NCBI RefSeq assembly: GCF_018350175.1
Contig: NC_058375.1
Span: forward strand, 104,160,001 to 104,224,000
Origin: Felis catus
Lineage: Eukaryota
DNA length: 64,000 nt
Reading direction: 5' to 3'
In this document: in pieces, positions 24,149 to 56,692 of the stretch
Layout of the letters: each line of letters begins with the position of its first letter
How positions within the stretch are numbered: the first letter of the stretch is position 1
Program-made: the position numbers and the translations under genes
Notes under the pieces: generated by a model
Databases searched by the model: none
The model's input: the letters and a program-made list of their open reading frames with translations, nothing else
What the model was told of the DNA's origin: nothing

Positions 24149-24295
24149 CATAACTCAAAAAAAACCCACAACCCACTAAGCAAGTAGAGTGAGAGTTAAA
24201 TATAAACACGGGGAGTTCCACCCCAACCCTACTTCTCCAAGGCTGTATGGTCACAAGGAATCTCTGGAGAGAACATCTGGACAAGAGAGGACCAG

Positions 24296-26040
<1,745 letters not shown>

Positions 26041-28183
26041 GGTGGCTGCAGGCAGTGCCTTATTAAGTAGGGCAGCCGAGGAGAAATACTACTGCCAGCG
26101 AAGCACAGCCGGATTTCTTTATTAGAGGATTGTGTACCGTCTCCTTGGACTCCGTACCAAATGGAAGTTTGAAGAACGTTTTTTCTCTCAAAACTTCTAG
26201 ACCTGTATCCTGCTCTGAAGAGCAGCTGGATCTGTGATGGAAACATTTTAAAAATAGTTCAGTCCATAATGCTGGGTACTGAAGCTGTTTCTGGCTCGTA
26301 CTGTAGCACCGAATTTCTCTTAACACTAACAGACCTGGTTGTCCGGGAACTAGCATTGGTGACACGGGTGTCAACTTCTTAAAATTTTTTTGTTATAATT
26401 TTTTTAATATAAACTCTCAAATTCTTCCCACCACCTCTGGGGATTAAAAAACAAAACAAAATCAGGGCTTTAAACAAAATGGGGGCTTTAACCTCTTTGG
26501 GAATGGTGCGTGTATTTCATGTTTAAAAACCTAGGCGTTGAGGCAAAACCCATATTGCCCCCAAATTCTGGAATCCTGATGTAAACCTTTAACAATAGTG
26601 GACTGCAGATTCATTTATTTATTAATTTTTTAATCAAGCCGTTATGTGACTTTAATATTAGAGAAAGTGTGGGCAATACAAGGCAAAATAATCTCATTAT
26701 CAACAATCACTTTATAACTCATTATGAAAGTGATAATTGCTACGACAAAGTGTAATGGCAGTACAAAGAAAGTTTCTAATAGGACTGGGAGTAAGAAGGG
26801 CTTCCATTTGAACTGGGCCTTTAAGGCTGGGTAGTTTTCCAGGCCACGCAGCTGTACTGAGAATAGGAGACACTAATCCATTCTCCACAGTAGGTAGTGT
26901 GATCCTTGAAAAAATCAGCTGGTCATATCCCTAACAAAACCCTTCCTTGACTTTTTCACTTGGGAATAAAATTTGAACCGCCTACTCTGCCTATTTACAA
27001 CGACCTCCATTACCATTCTGCCTTCTTATTAAGCTCTCCCTACATTTTCCCTCAATTGTGTTCTTTCCCACCTCAGGACTTTTGCAACTTTCTGTTCCTG
27101 ATGCTCTTATTCCAGCTCTTCACATGGCTCATTCAACTTCATCCTTTAGGTCTCCCTAAAATACTACTTTCTCTACTTTCCTGTCCTGCACTCTTGTTTA
27201 TGTCCTTCACAGAACTTGCTTACTACCTTGTTTACTTTCTGACTCGTTTATTGTCTGAATTCCCATTAGAGTGTAATCCTTATGGCAGAGACCCTTAATT
27301 ACAACGATATCCCCAAAGTTTAGACCAGTGTCTAGCTCACAGTAGTCATTTGATACATGCTTATTGAATGAACAAATATCAGAATGGCAAGAAATTGTTT
27401 GCCTGATGCTGTGTGGCTAGGAAATAAAGCTAGAAGTACAGGTTAGGGCCAAAATGTATGCCATGCTAAGGATATTGAAATTTTATCCCATAGGCAAGAA
27501 TTTCTGTACTTCAAGTATTTGAGTGTTCATGATTTTTCACAACTGTAAATAGCCCCCATGCTGTTTCTTGATTAGTGTTTCTCCTTATGTAGACTGACTT
27601 TTTAATTAAACAAATTTGCACTAAATTTAAATATCACTGCCATAAATGTAAAATCTGTATTTTTTTCTACTACAGCTTCAGATTAAAATATAAAATAAGT
27701 AAAAATGAAAAATGTTTGTCCCTCTACCACCTAAAATCATCTCAGGTAATACCAAGGGTTCCCATATAAAACTTCGGGGAATGCTGTTAAGGACAAGGAT
27801 AGCTAAGTGATGGTTTAAGCAAGGTAGTGGTGCACTCCTAAGTATTTTAGAAAGAAATCTGACAGTAGTTGAGAGGATGTTAAGAATGAAGGCAGAGGCT
27901 GGTAAGGAAGCTATTGCAGTGGTCCAACCCAGAGATGATAAAGGACTGAACTAAGGCAGTGGATATGGACAAGACAGATTAGGAAGTTTATATAGGAGGT
28001 AAACTCAACAGCAAGTGACTGATTAGATCATGGTAAGGAATGGACCTAAGGTTCTAATTTAAGTAACTGGGTAGATAATAATCCTAATAACAGATTTGGG
28101 GAGTCAAAGAAGAGCATGTATGAAATGGCTTTTATTTTGAATATGTGACTTCAGAGAGCTTGTGTCATAAATTCAGGTGGTGA

Positions 28184-28400
28184 GGGGCACCTGGGTGGCT
28201 CCGTCGGTTGAGCAACCGACTTCAGCTCAGATCATGATCTCGCTGCTTGTGAGTTCAGGCTCCACATGCAGCTCTGTGCTGACAGCTCGGAGCCTGGAGC
28301 CTGCTTCAGATTGTGTGTCTCACTCCCTCTCTGCCCCTCCCCTGCTTGCTCTCTCTCTCGCTCTTTCAAAAATAAATAAACATTTAAAAATTTTTAAAAA
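28184..28400 (+). mobile_element. CAN-SINE inserted in L2-like sequence
   Basis: Typical head, (CT)n and AATAAA tail. Confidence 0.88.
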
Positions 28401-30666
28401 TAAGATTAATTCAGTTGGTGATGTCATGGAAATATAGATGTAAAAGCTCAAAAGGGTGAAAGAGATTGAGAATGGTGTATAAGATAGAGTTGAAGTGACC
28501 ATGGTGAGTGAGTTCGCTAGTGGAAATGGGTAGAGCTTGAAAAGAAAGGGTCAGTGACAAAATCCAGGTTCCTCAAATGTCTGAAGGGGAAGCAGAATGC
28601 CTTCCCCCAACAGTACAATCTTATTTCTGCCACCCAAAAAATACTAATCAAAATTATCTTTTAGTCTGTTTATAAAAGAAAGGGTCGTTTTAGAGCTCCT
28701 CTGATACATATGTCTTAAGAAAGAGTCAATCTGGCTTACTAGACAAAAATCTATTTTTAATTGTATAAAATTATACATATAAAATACATAGAAAGTAGTA
28801 AAAAGATAAGCAAAATCTTTAACAATGAAAGTGGACAGATAGGGAACAATTTTTCTCCAGTGCTTTGGGATCTTAACTGGTTGTTACTTGAGAAAAATAA
28901 TCCAGGAGGTGCAAAGAAGTTCTTCCCACAACTCACACCCCTTCACACTTCTCAGAGAAAGGAGCATAGGAGAAATGAGGGTTTATGATGTCTGGATTAT
29001 AAATATCAATAAAAACTGGGTAGACATACCTGTTATTTAACATAGGAGCCTCTACTCCTACCCTACATGTGCTTCGTGGTATACAGAGATGGGACTTGGA
29101 GAATTCCAGGAGGTCCCTTTCAAGCACTAAAACAGTTGCTAGATTCCTTACCACTGATCCCATATGTACTGATCACCAAGATGATTTCAAAAGCAAAAAA
29201 GCTGATTTTCATCTTATCCCTATCTGATCCAAAAGAGCAAATTGTGGCCTATTTCCTAACCTATTCCTAAAAACAAAGTGTATAATCATAGAATGGAAAG
29301 TCCAATTTTGCAGAAACAGGAAACATCCCAAGAACATTTTAGAAAGTGCACCGAACTATAATATAGTATAAAGGAGTTTATAGAAACAAAGGGAAAACAC
29401 ATCTTTGAGAGACCTATAAAAAATTCTCCCAAAGAGGAATGCTTTAGCTGTACTTCAGATATTTCTCCCCTATTTCACCCAGGAGAGAGATTGGGGGTGG
29501 GAGGCGGAGAGTCTTAAAAACATAGTTGATCATGTAGTCTCTTTTCCCTCCTGCAGTCTCCCCAGGGTTCCAGTTAGGAAGTGCCATAATGCCAGTAGCA
29601 ACTAATTTTCTTGATCAACTCCTGCTCTAATAACCAACGTGGAAGAAGAGGAAAGAAAAGAGAGAAAACAACTGTGAATCTATGGACATCAAAGGTAGCA
29701 AACAGCAGCAACTTTGTGGGAGAGAGAGGAACACGGTCCTCACCAAAGAGGACAAATAATGTTTCCAAAGAGCAACATGAAGGGAAGAGACAGAGTTGGG
29801 AAATATGTTTTCCCTCCTACCCATTTCTGCAGACAGGAAGGTTTAAACACAGGGCTCAGTGAAGCTGGGTGAGCAGAGAGGAGTGAAGAGGGAATATTGG
29901 AAGAGGCTTCAATGCTGATCCCTTCTGGAGCAAGAACACACCCGGGAAGCTGGTATGGTATCTATGCCCCAGAAGCAACTTAGGTGATAAACACCTAGTT
30001 TTGTGTTTATAATTCCTCTCTTCTTCCTGGGAAGTTTCTCAGGAATAATTTGAACAAGCAGCTGTCTACTTCCTTCCAAATTAATAAAGGAAGTCTCAAA
30101 ATGAAGTACCGCTTGGAGGCAGAGGAGGAGTAAGGTAGTGGCGGGAAGCGGTTGGTGGGGAGTCTAGGCAAGGAAATGTCTAGTCACTGGAGGAACAGCT
30201 CAGTACTAAGTAGGCCCAACTCAAGATAAACTCAAGCCAAAGCCTTCATACTCGTACCCTGTTTGGAGTCCAAGAGAAAGCAGGAACGAGGTTGAGGGTG
30301 AGGGTGGGGCACACAGACCTTATTCAAACTCCCTGTTAGATTATAAGAACACTTTGTCAATCATTTTGTGCTATTGAAATGACTACACAGAGCTGGGAGT
30401 ATAAGCACCAACAAAGCTCTGAAGACAGCCTGCTCTTTTTACAAAGTGGAATGAGGATGTTTCAAAGGAAACTACATCCAAAAACTAGAAGAAAAGGGAT
30501 CTCTCAGCAAATTGGGATCTGAGTGTAGAATTTATACATATACATATATATATATCTATATTTTAAAGTATAAAATTGAGAAAGTATGTACAGAAATCAT
30601 ACTAAGTCTTAGAAAAGACATTATCAAAAAGAGCCTGGAGAGGATGGGGAGTATGTGCATGGACGC

Positions 30667-48965
<18,299 letters not shown>

Positions 48966-49565
48966 AGGCTGAGGAGAATTGTATGTAGACAGAGTGAGAG
49001 GATTCTTAGGGATCATTTGTCCAACGATTTCATTTCATAGATGTAGATGAGGAAACAAGACTCAGGAGTTACTCCCCACTTCTACCTTTCCAAGATCACA
49101 TGCAACGGGTTGGGGAGCTAAAACAAGGAAGGACATTTAATGAGCATACACTTACTCTACGTCAGACACCATGCAATGTACTTTAAGTGCAGTGTCTTAC
49201 TTAATCACAATGACTAACTAGAGTTTATTATTTTACAGATAAGGCAACGGACACTCAGAGAGGCTAGATACATTGCCCAAAATTAAAGCTAGGAGATGGC
49301 AAAGAGGGATTCAAACATCGGTCTTCTGATTCCCAATACTTTGATCTTTTAGTTATACCACACATTGTTAGGTAATTTTCTGACTTCACCTATTCTAAGT
49401 TGGGAGAAACAGTAAGGAAGAGTGGAATGGGCCGCTCCCTTAACCTCCCATTAGAGCGAGGAAGAACTGGAAGATATGCAGAAATCAGAAAACCGAGAAG
49501 TCTAAGGGGACAGATTAAGATAATTACCCTTGTTCATGACCTGTCAGGCTGGGTTCCTCTGATTA

Positions 49566-49570
<5 letters not shown>

Positions 49571-49616
<46 letters not shown>
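49571..49616. repeat. (AC)23 microsatellite downstream of the ANKRD34A CDS
   Basis: Read directly. Confidence 0.95.
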
Positions 49617-49618
<2 letters not shown>

Positions 49619-50992
49619 CACATCCTTTGTCAGTAGACCATCATGCCATTTTTACCTAGGTGAAGCTATACTTCTCTCCATCCACCCCCCTGCAGTGGCT
49701 CAGGATGGGGAAATGAAAGTCAGAAGTAGAAAAAAAAATGGATGAAACGCACCGGTGAGATGAAAATTAGACCCCCAAGGAATAACTGGGAATAGTCACA
49801 AAATAAGAAGCTTGAAAGAGGGGCAGTTAATCTACTGGGATATATGTGTTGATGGTGGAGGGAAGTACTTTTTGTAGGATATACTTTTGCAGAAATCTTA
49901 AGTTAAAGAATTTGAAGATGGACATAGGGGAGACTGGGCAAGTGAAAGTCTGCCAAATGCCTTAAAACCTTCAGGACATGGGACACTATTTCTTCTGCAA
50001 CCACAGTTGGTCTGTTGGTCTCCTGCAAAGAAGGTGGCTGTAACCTCTAAGTATCCCCTAGATCATTATAGATATGCTTAGCATCACCCTCCATCCCTGT
50101 TCCTCATTCCCCACATCCNNNNNNNNNNNNNNNNNNNNNNNNNNNNNNNNNNNNNNNNNNNNNNNNNNNNNNNNNNNNNNNNNNNNNNNNNNNNNNNNNN
50201 NNNNNNNNNNNNNNNNNNNNNNNNNNNNNNNNNNNNNNNNNNNNNNNNNNNNNNNNNNCGTAGAGCCCATGACCCACTCCCTGGGAAAATGAGACAACCT
50301 GTTGATTGGTTAGGGGAGCTAGATGGGAATAAAAGGCAGGAAGTTGAGAAGTAAAGCTGAGAGCAAGAAGGGCAGCAGCAGAACTGAGGCTGGGGATTGC
50401 TGCAGGAAACCCCTAAGGAAAGTGAAGAAGATATCCTGAAAAGTGGTTGGGGCTGGAAGCAGGGTGTGAAAGGAGCCAGGCCTGGAGAGAGAAGCAAGAC
50501 CTACACAAGGGAGTGGGATATTCAGGAAGAGGGCAGAGTGTGCAAAGTCATGAACGAGCTGTGTTGCAGGGCATACATGGAAAGCAGGGGACTGCTTCTG
50601 CAGGAGGGCAAACAGATTGGATACTACCCATAAGTAGGGGTTCCCCACTGCTTCTGAACAAATGCAGGTGAGTTTGGGACCCACTTGGGGCCCTAGCACA
50701 AGTGGCCCTGTGTGTGCCATTCCTATGGATGGGTACACAAGTAATTCCCATATGCATGTGAAGTGACCAGCACATGAATGCATGTGTCTATATGCCCAGT
50801 AAATAGAGTACTTACCCTTCTCTGTGAATAAGAGTACTGTGCTTGTGGACACTTTCTTACCCATGTGTGCGTGCACCGTGCCCGTGAGCACATGCAAGAG
50901 ACCCCCATGTCCGTGGTGTGTGTGTGAGCTGGTTCTCCCACCTGTCCCATCAAGGTCCTGATCCCCACCCTCCTTGACTCCTCTCACTCGTC

Positions 50993-52513
50993 TCAGCGCC
51001 CTGGCTCCCCTGGCCCGCCTAGACTCTGGAAGCCCCCTAGCAGGCGGATCTGCTCAGTCTGCATCGAGTGGCGCCTCACCAACTTGCGCTTGGTCCTAGG
51101 AGAGCCTGGCGCCCCCGCCTGGGGAGGGGCGGGCAGCGAAGGCGCCCGACCTCCGGGTTGGGGGCGAATGTCGGGGATGGGAGGGTGGGGGCTGACGTTG
51201 AGCGGAGGCAGGAAACCAGGCCGCGTTTGCGCGATGTGGTCCAGGAGCAACGTCCCCGAGCCCCTCCGCTCCAGCAGCCCGGGACTCCGCCTCCGTCCGC
51301 TCAGGGGAGAGACGGCCCCAGGCAGACTCTCCTGGGACTGGCGCGGCGAGGGCGCCGAGCCGGCTGGAGGGAGGGTCAGCGGGGAGGCGCTGTATCGGCG
51401 GCGCTCCAGGGACAAGCGGCTGCACTCCGGCGAGTCGGGGCAAATATTCCCGGGAGTATCGAGCTCCACCGGCTCCATGCGGCTCAGTTTCTGCCTCAGC
51501 CCCGCAGGGGGACCGGACTCCTGAGCTTCTGGCGCAGTGTTTCGGCGAGAGAGAGGACCCCCACCCGTCACTTTCTCCGCCCACGGAGGCGGGTCCTCCG
51601 GGCCTTCAGTGCTGTGACGTCTGGAAAGACGGGGTCGACCGGTCAGGGTCAGGCCGTTGAATTCGGCGGTCAGGCGCTCGATCCCCGGCCTCCCTTCCGC
51701 GGGCGGGACAGGTTGAGGAGGGGCCACTAGGCCCCAGGGCTCGGAGTTGAGCCTTTTGAGTGGTTTTGGAGGGTGACGGGGTGGTTTGGGGAGCGGCTCA
51801 GAAGGGGAGGGGTCATCGGGGGGTTTAGGAAGAGGGAATTCGAATACGTCCCGCTTCTCCTCTTCTTCCTGAGCGCGAGGGGACAGCAACCCTCGTCCTC
51901 CTCCTCCTCCTCCACCTCCTCCTCCTCCTCCTCCTCCTGCAGCCTGCAGTTGGATTTCCGAAGGCGAAGTGCAGACCCCCGGGCTAGGAGGAGCGGGAGC
52001 CGGGTCCTCCACCCCCGGGGACGGTGGGGAATTGAGATACTGCCGTGTCTTCTTGGTTCCCGAGGGAGAGGTGTCGGTGGTGATGATGATGACCTCCGTG
52101 CCCTTGGCCTTACAGGCGTCCAGCAGCGTGGCAAGGGTCTCACGGTCCCCGCGGTCCAGGGCGTGGACAAGCGCCGAGGCGCCCGCGTGATCTCGCACTG
52201 AGGGGTCTGCACCGTGGGCAAGGAGCAGCGAAGCCACGGCGGCGCCCCCACCCCCGGCGCAAGCGTGCATGAGAGCGGTGCGCCCCAGGCGGTCTGCGAT
52301 GTTGGGGTCAGCGCCTTGCTCCAGGAGGTAGCGTACCATGCGTGCCTTGTTCTGGGGGTCGTCGTAACGGGCCCGACAGGCCGCCATTAGCGCAGTCTCA
52401 CCCTGGGCATCACCCTCATTCACGTAGGCGCCTCCCTCCAGAAGCAAACGGGCCAAGCGTAGCTTACCCTGACCCACGGCCCGAAGAAGAGCGTGGCCCT
52501 CGGTGTGCAGCAT
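50993..52513 (-). CDS. ANKRD34A: Ankyrin repeat domain 34A (single coding exon, 506 aa)
   Basis: Intact ORF MLHTEGHALLRAVGQGKLRLARLLLEGGAYVNE with four N-terminal ankyrin repeats (GETALM, GRTALMHA, GASALVHA) and a Pro/Ser-rich tail ending LVRRHSMQTEQIRLLGG. Splice acceptor TCTCTTTCTCGCAG immediately before 52629. Confidence 0.97.
   Translation of the reverse strand: MLHTEGHALLRAVGQGKLRLARLLLEGGAYVNEGDAQGETALMAACRARYDDPQNKARMVRYLLEQGADPNIADRLGRTALMHACAGGGGAAVASLLLAHGADPSVRDHAGASALVHALDRGDRETLATLLDACKAKGTEVIIITTDTSPSGTKKTRQYLNSPPSPGVEDPAPAPPSPGVCTSPSEIQLQAAGGGGGGGGGGGGGGRGLLSPRAQEEEEKRDVFEFPLPKPPDDPSPSEPLPKPPRHPPKPLKRLNSEPWGLVAPPQPVPPAEGRPGIERLTAEFNGLTLTGRPRLSRRHSTEGPEDPPPWAEKVTGGGPLSRRNTAPEAQESGPPAGLRQKLSRMEPVELDTPGNICPDSPECSRLSLERRRYSASPLTLPPAGSAPSPRQSQESLPGAVSPLSGRRRSPGLLERRGSGTLLLDHIAQTRPGFLPPLNVSPHPPIPDIRPQPGGRAPSLPAPPQAGAPGSPRTKRKLVRRHSMQTEQIRLLGGFQSLGGPGEPGR
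51896..51937 (-). repeat. Coding trinucleotide repeat (GGA)7 GGT (GGA)6 encoding Gly14 in ANKRD34A
   Basis: Read directly from the sequence. Confidence 0.95.
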
Positions 52514-54338
52514 AGCTGCGGCTGGGGCGAAAGCACCAATGAAGCCGGGACGGGGGCCCGCCGAGGGTGTCTAGGGGCGTGGGGGTGGTGGCTGGCGGAA
52601 GCCTGAGGGCTCAGTGGCGAAGCCAATCCCTGCGAGAAAGAGAGATCTTATTGACGGATTCAGGCAGGGAAACTGAGGCACCGGTGGAAAGATACGGCGT
52701 GGGGAGATCTCTACGGCACGGCACACAGTCCTTCCTCTAACTCATGCCTTTGAGCCGCCCCCTCCCCCCAGCGCATGCCTGAGGAGGTGGGAAGGGTGCA
52801 CCCGCATTGAAGGACGAGCGCGCGTGCAAATGCGTACGTGCACGCGCAGGGATACCGCACCCCCACCCTCACCCCACGGCTTATCAGACCTTTCCAGCAT
52901 CCCCCTTTTCTTATCCGCACTTGGAATACCCCTTCCTAGGATGCTGAACGCCGCCCACCCACACACATGCACCCATACATTCACACACATAATTCCCATT
53001 CCTAACCTCTTTTAGGTTGCCACAGCCCCAAAAATTGAGTGGGGGGAGGGAAGCAGCTTGCATTTGGGACCTAAAACGGGTGGGGGGAGAATTGGGGGTT
53101 TCTTTTGCCCCTGCTATGTTCCCCATCACTCCTTGCTCTTTCCCTCCCAGGCTGTGAGCCCAAATAGATACCTGAATGTCCGCAGGATCTCCAAGAGGCC
53201 AGGACTGAGGCCAGGGCCCTGGGGCAGCCGGGGTGGCGGAACCGGGTTCCCGGGGGCCCACATGGCGTGGGGAGGGGCACCTGGATTCCCTTGGTGTCAG
53301 TATCTGCGCCCCGGCACCGGATCCTGGTCCCTCCTCCCGGTGCGCCCCGGGCACGGCGCCGGCTCGGGAGGAGAGAAGCTGGGGGGGGGGGGGGGGGGCG
53401 GAGCTCTGCCTTGCTATTTATAGCCTGGTCTCTGCGGGTGGGGGCGTCGGGCACCAAACCGTTCCCCCACCCATGCACACAAAAATCCTCAAAACCTAGA
53501 GGCTCCAATCCTGACTTCTCTTGCTGAGCCGACCTCCCCTCAGCCCCAACAAACCTAAATGTTCCTCAGGAGACTCCTCCGCGATCCAGACTGGGACCAT
53601 CCCAATTCTTCCTTGAGCAGAGCCCCATTTTCCGCGTTTGATGTGTTTATGCGCGCCTGTACGCCCGATCTGACCTGCTACCCACAGCACATGGCACATT
53701 GTGCAGAGAGGTGGAGAGAGGCGATTGGAATCCACAGCCGGAGTCCATACTGCACAGAGAGAAGTAAGAGATCTGGTTGCCTCCTTGTAGTTTACATGTG
53801 AGGGGGAGCTGGAGCCAGACAGCGGTACATCCTCACTCCACCTCCTCCTAAACGGAACACACAGCACAGATAAACTTGAACCTCAGTTCCCTGGTACAGA
53901 CCTCAGATAAGTGTGAAGAGAGTGGATGAATATACGGGGTCATTTTTAGGTACACTAGGGGGCATTCCCAGATGCCTTCCTCCCCACATTCTTGGAGGGG
54001 GAGAGGGAAAGAGAAAAGGGGAAGAGAGAAGAGCGACCCTTGTAACATATCCTTTCTCACTGCATCTCTTTACAATCAATCTTTCTTAGACTGTCATTAT
54101 TTTTCCATGTTGCCTGAAGGTCTCTGTCCAATGGCTCCTGATGTCTTCTCTCTGCCTGTCACAATTGTAACCCGTCTCTCTCTGCTGTCTGTCTCTGCCT
54201 CTCCTTGCCACCTGCCCTGTCTCCATGGTTACCATAGCTTCCATCTGCATATTTTAGGAATGAGTTTGTGTCCAGCTGGAAGGCATCAGGGAAGTGGAAG
54301 ATAAGGGAAAAAAAATCCCAAGGATTTGGAAAACTCAC

Positions 54339-54392
54339 CTGAGATCATTCATACTGGCGGCCACCAGACACAAGATACTAAAAATAATGTTC
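54339..54392 (-). other. Candidate 54-nt non-coding 5' UTR exon of ANKRD34A
   Basis: Strong acceptor TTTCTCTTCCTCCTTCTCCAG and consensus donor CAG|GTGAGT, lying between the CpG promoter and the coding exon. Confidence 0.5.
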
Positions 54393-54753
54393 CTGGAGAA
54401 GGAGGAAGAGAAATATTGCTGGGAAGCTACCCATTTTTATTAGCCACCATTTACGGGACGCCAACTATGTGCCAGGTACTTCACATATATTATTTCCAAT
54501 CTTCACAACAATGCTATAAGGTAGGCATCTCCTTTTTATCTCCTTGTTATAGGTGAAGAAACTGATACCTATGTTAAGCAAGTTCTTCAAAACCTCACAG
54601 CTCTGTTTCTGTCCTATTCCAAAGACGGGGCACTTCCCACTGGATCTACAGCCTCCCAAGTCAAGAGGCTTCACTCCCAGGCCCATTTTCTCTGACATCT
54701 GGGATAGTCTTCTTGACTAACTCCTAGATTTTATGTCCACTCTGAATTCCTTC

Positions 54754-54755
<2 letters not shown>

Positions 54756-54787
<32 letters not shown>
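54756..54787. repeat. (TG)16 microsatellite
   Basis: Read directly. Confidence 0.93.
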
Positions 54788-54793
<6 letters not shown>

Positions 54794-55199
54794 AATGAAA
54801 ATAGGGCTCCTCTCCGCGTCCCTCCCACCAACCATGCCCCCCTTCAGCAAGGGCTAGGAGGAGCTGGAAGGCAATAGAAAATGTAGGAAACACTGGGCTC
54901 CTTCCCTGCCTCCCCAACTCTGGTTCTCTAATTCCTAATCCTTCCTTCCCCAAACTTTCCGCTCATCTTCTCACAGACATGGCAGCAACCCACAGGGGGA
55001 AAAAATAATAGAAAATAAGTATTCAGTGGTGGTGCTGGAGGGAAGCCCTGTAGGACTGGAGGGAAAGCAGGAGTGATGGAGGGGAGGCCGAGCTGTGAAG
55101 CCCCAGTCACAAAAAGAGCGATCCCTAAGGAACAACCCTTTCATTTCTCTGTGGGAGCTTCCTCAACAGTGTCCCTCGGTGAGTTCTAAGCGTGAACTC

Positions 55200-55620
55200 T
55201 CGCTAGCCAGGAGCTCCGCCATCTGAGATGAGGTCGGAAATAATCAAGCCCTGATTGATTCTGCAACCCTCTCTCCGCGCCACGGCGGGCTTCCCAAGCC
55301 TGGGTTCTGGCTGACTCTCCCCCTCCTTCCTTCTCCTAGGCTTCAAGTGGGCGGATCTCCCTCCTGGTCTTCTCCTAGATTGGCCGGGAGAATTGACCAA
55401 TGGGAAGCCCTGGGAGGCGGAGCTAGGGCGCCAGAAGCTAGAGGAAGACCTGCAAATTTCAAGTTGGCTGCGACGTGGGCTCCGCGTGGGGGAGGGGCAG
55501 CAGGTAAGGCTCCGTCCCGGTAGCGCTGACCTGGTTCTGTCCCACACCTCCCGAACTAGTTCGCCAGGGCCACGCTGCGAGATAGATAGACAACGCATTC
55601 CGGCAGCCTGTTGGATCAGC
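55200..55620. promoter_or_regulatory. Bidirectional CpG promoter of POLR3GL (+) and ANKRD34A (-), including POLR3GL non-coding exon 1
   Basis: Opposed CCAAT boxes (ATTGG about 55379-55383, CCAAT about 55397-55401), GC boxes, and a plus-strand donor CAG|GTAAGG at 55503/55504. Confidence 0.75.
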
Positions 55621-56692
55621 CCCCTCTGGTTTCCTACTCTTCTTTCCCTTTCTCTTCAGGGCTCCCATTGCTGTACCGATTATACAGAGAACTGCAGTTT
55701 TCTTTCGTGCATAGGGGAGACAGATTAAAGCACAAAGTGAGAAAGATTCACTCTTGTATCTCTGACTTTTTGTTACGGCATCAGCTTCCCCCGAATATTT
55801 TATCATTATTCCCTTGTCTAAGAGTCTGACAAACTCCTGTTATCTATTAAGAATCAGCTGAAATATTGTCTCCTACCTGTAGCTTTCTTGGACCACCTCT
55901 TCTTCCTTTTTTTTTTTTTCTTTCGTAATTAATTGTTCCCCAGTCTGAAGGTAACGTTTTTTGCGTACCTCTATTAGAGCACTTAGTGTGTGGTCTCTAA
56001 TATTTCTCTGTTCTTCTGAGAATATATTGTTTTGTAGGCAGGTTCTTGTACTCAATACAAAGTGCCCAATAAAGGTTACTTGAATGGAATTGATTGCGAA
56101 GGCCGACTTTAAACTCCTAGCATAATTAGGGAACAATTAATAAAAGATGAAATAAAATACAATACAGTATCTAATTAAGATCTCTTAAATTAGTGGTTTG
56201 TAATGCAATTGCTCCCACAGTCCAGAGAAAGGAGAAAGCTAGGAGGACTGGGATGGTGAAGGGAGGCTTGATGAATCACCAGGTCTCAAGTTTGGAAGAG
56301 CCCTCAGAAATCATGTATTCATCCATCTACCCATTCATTCATTCATTCATTCAAAAAATATTTATTGAGCATCTACTATATGCCAGACACAATGCTAGAC
56401 AATGGGGATCATAGTGAATCCTCTACTTTAGACATGCGTCCTTCCTCTGATAAACCATATTTAGTAAATTGTTACCCATCTTCTACTTAAACATCACTCG
56501 TAAGAAGACTCCCTAGCTCACTTTGCAGGTCATCCCATTTTTGGATATTTGTTCTTCAGTTAATATCCAACAAATATTCTAAACAAATATGTAGCTCAAC
56601 GAAATGCCTTCCTCACCTCCATTGTAAAAGAAGGAGCACTGTCCTGGTGGTAGCATTCTTAAAAATAAAGAAAAACCATCCCCTTTGGTTTC

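Noticed and set aside
51068-52251. Alternative-frame and antisense ORFs within ANKRD34A, including poly-Glu and poly-Ser frames
   Set aside because: Shadows of a GC-rich CDS and its GGA repeat; no independent support.
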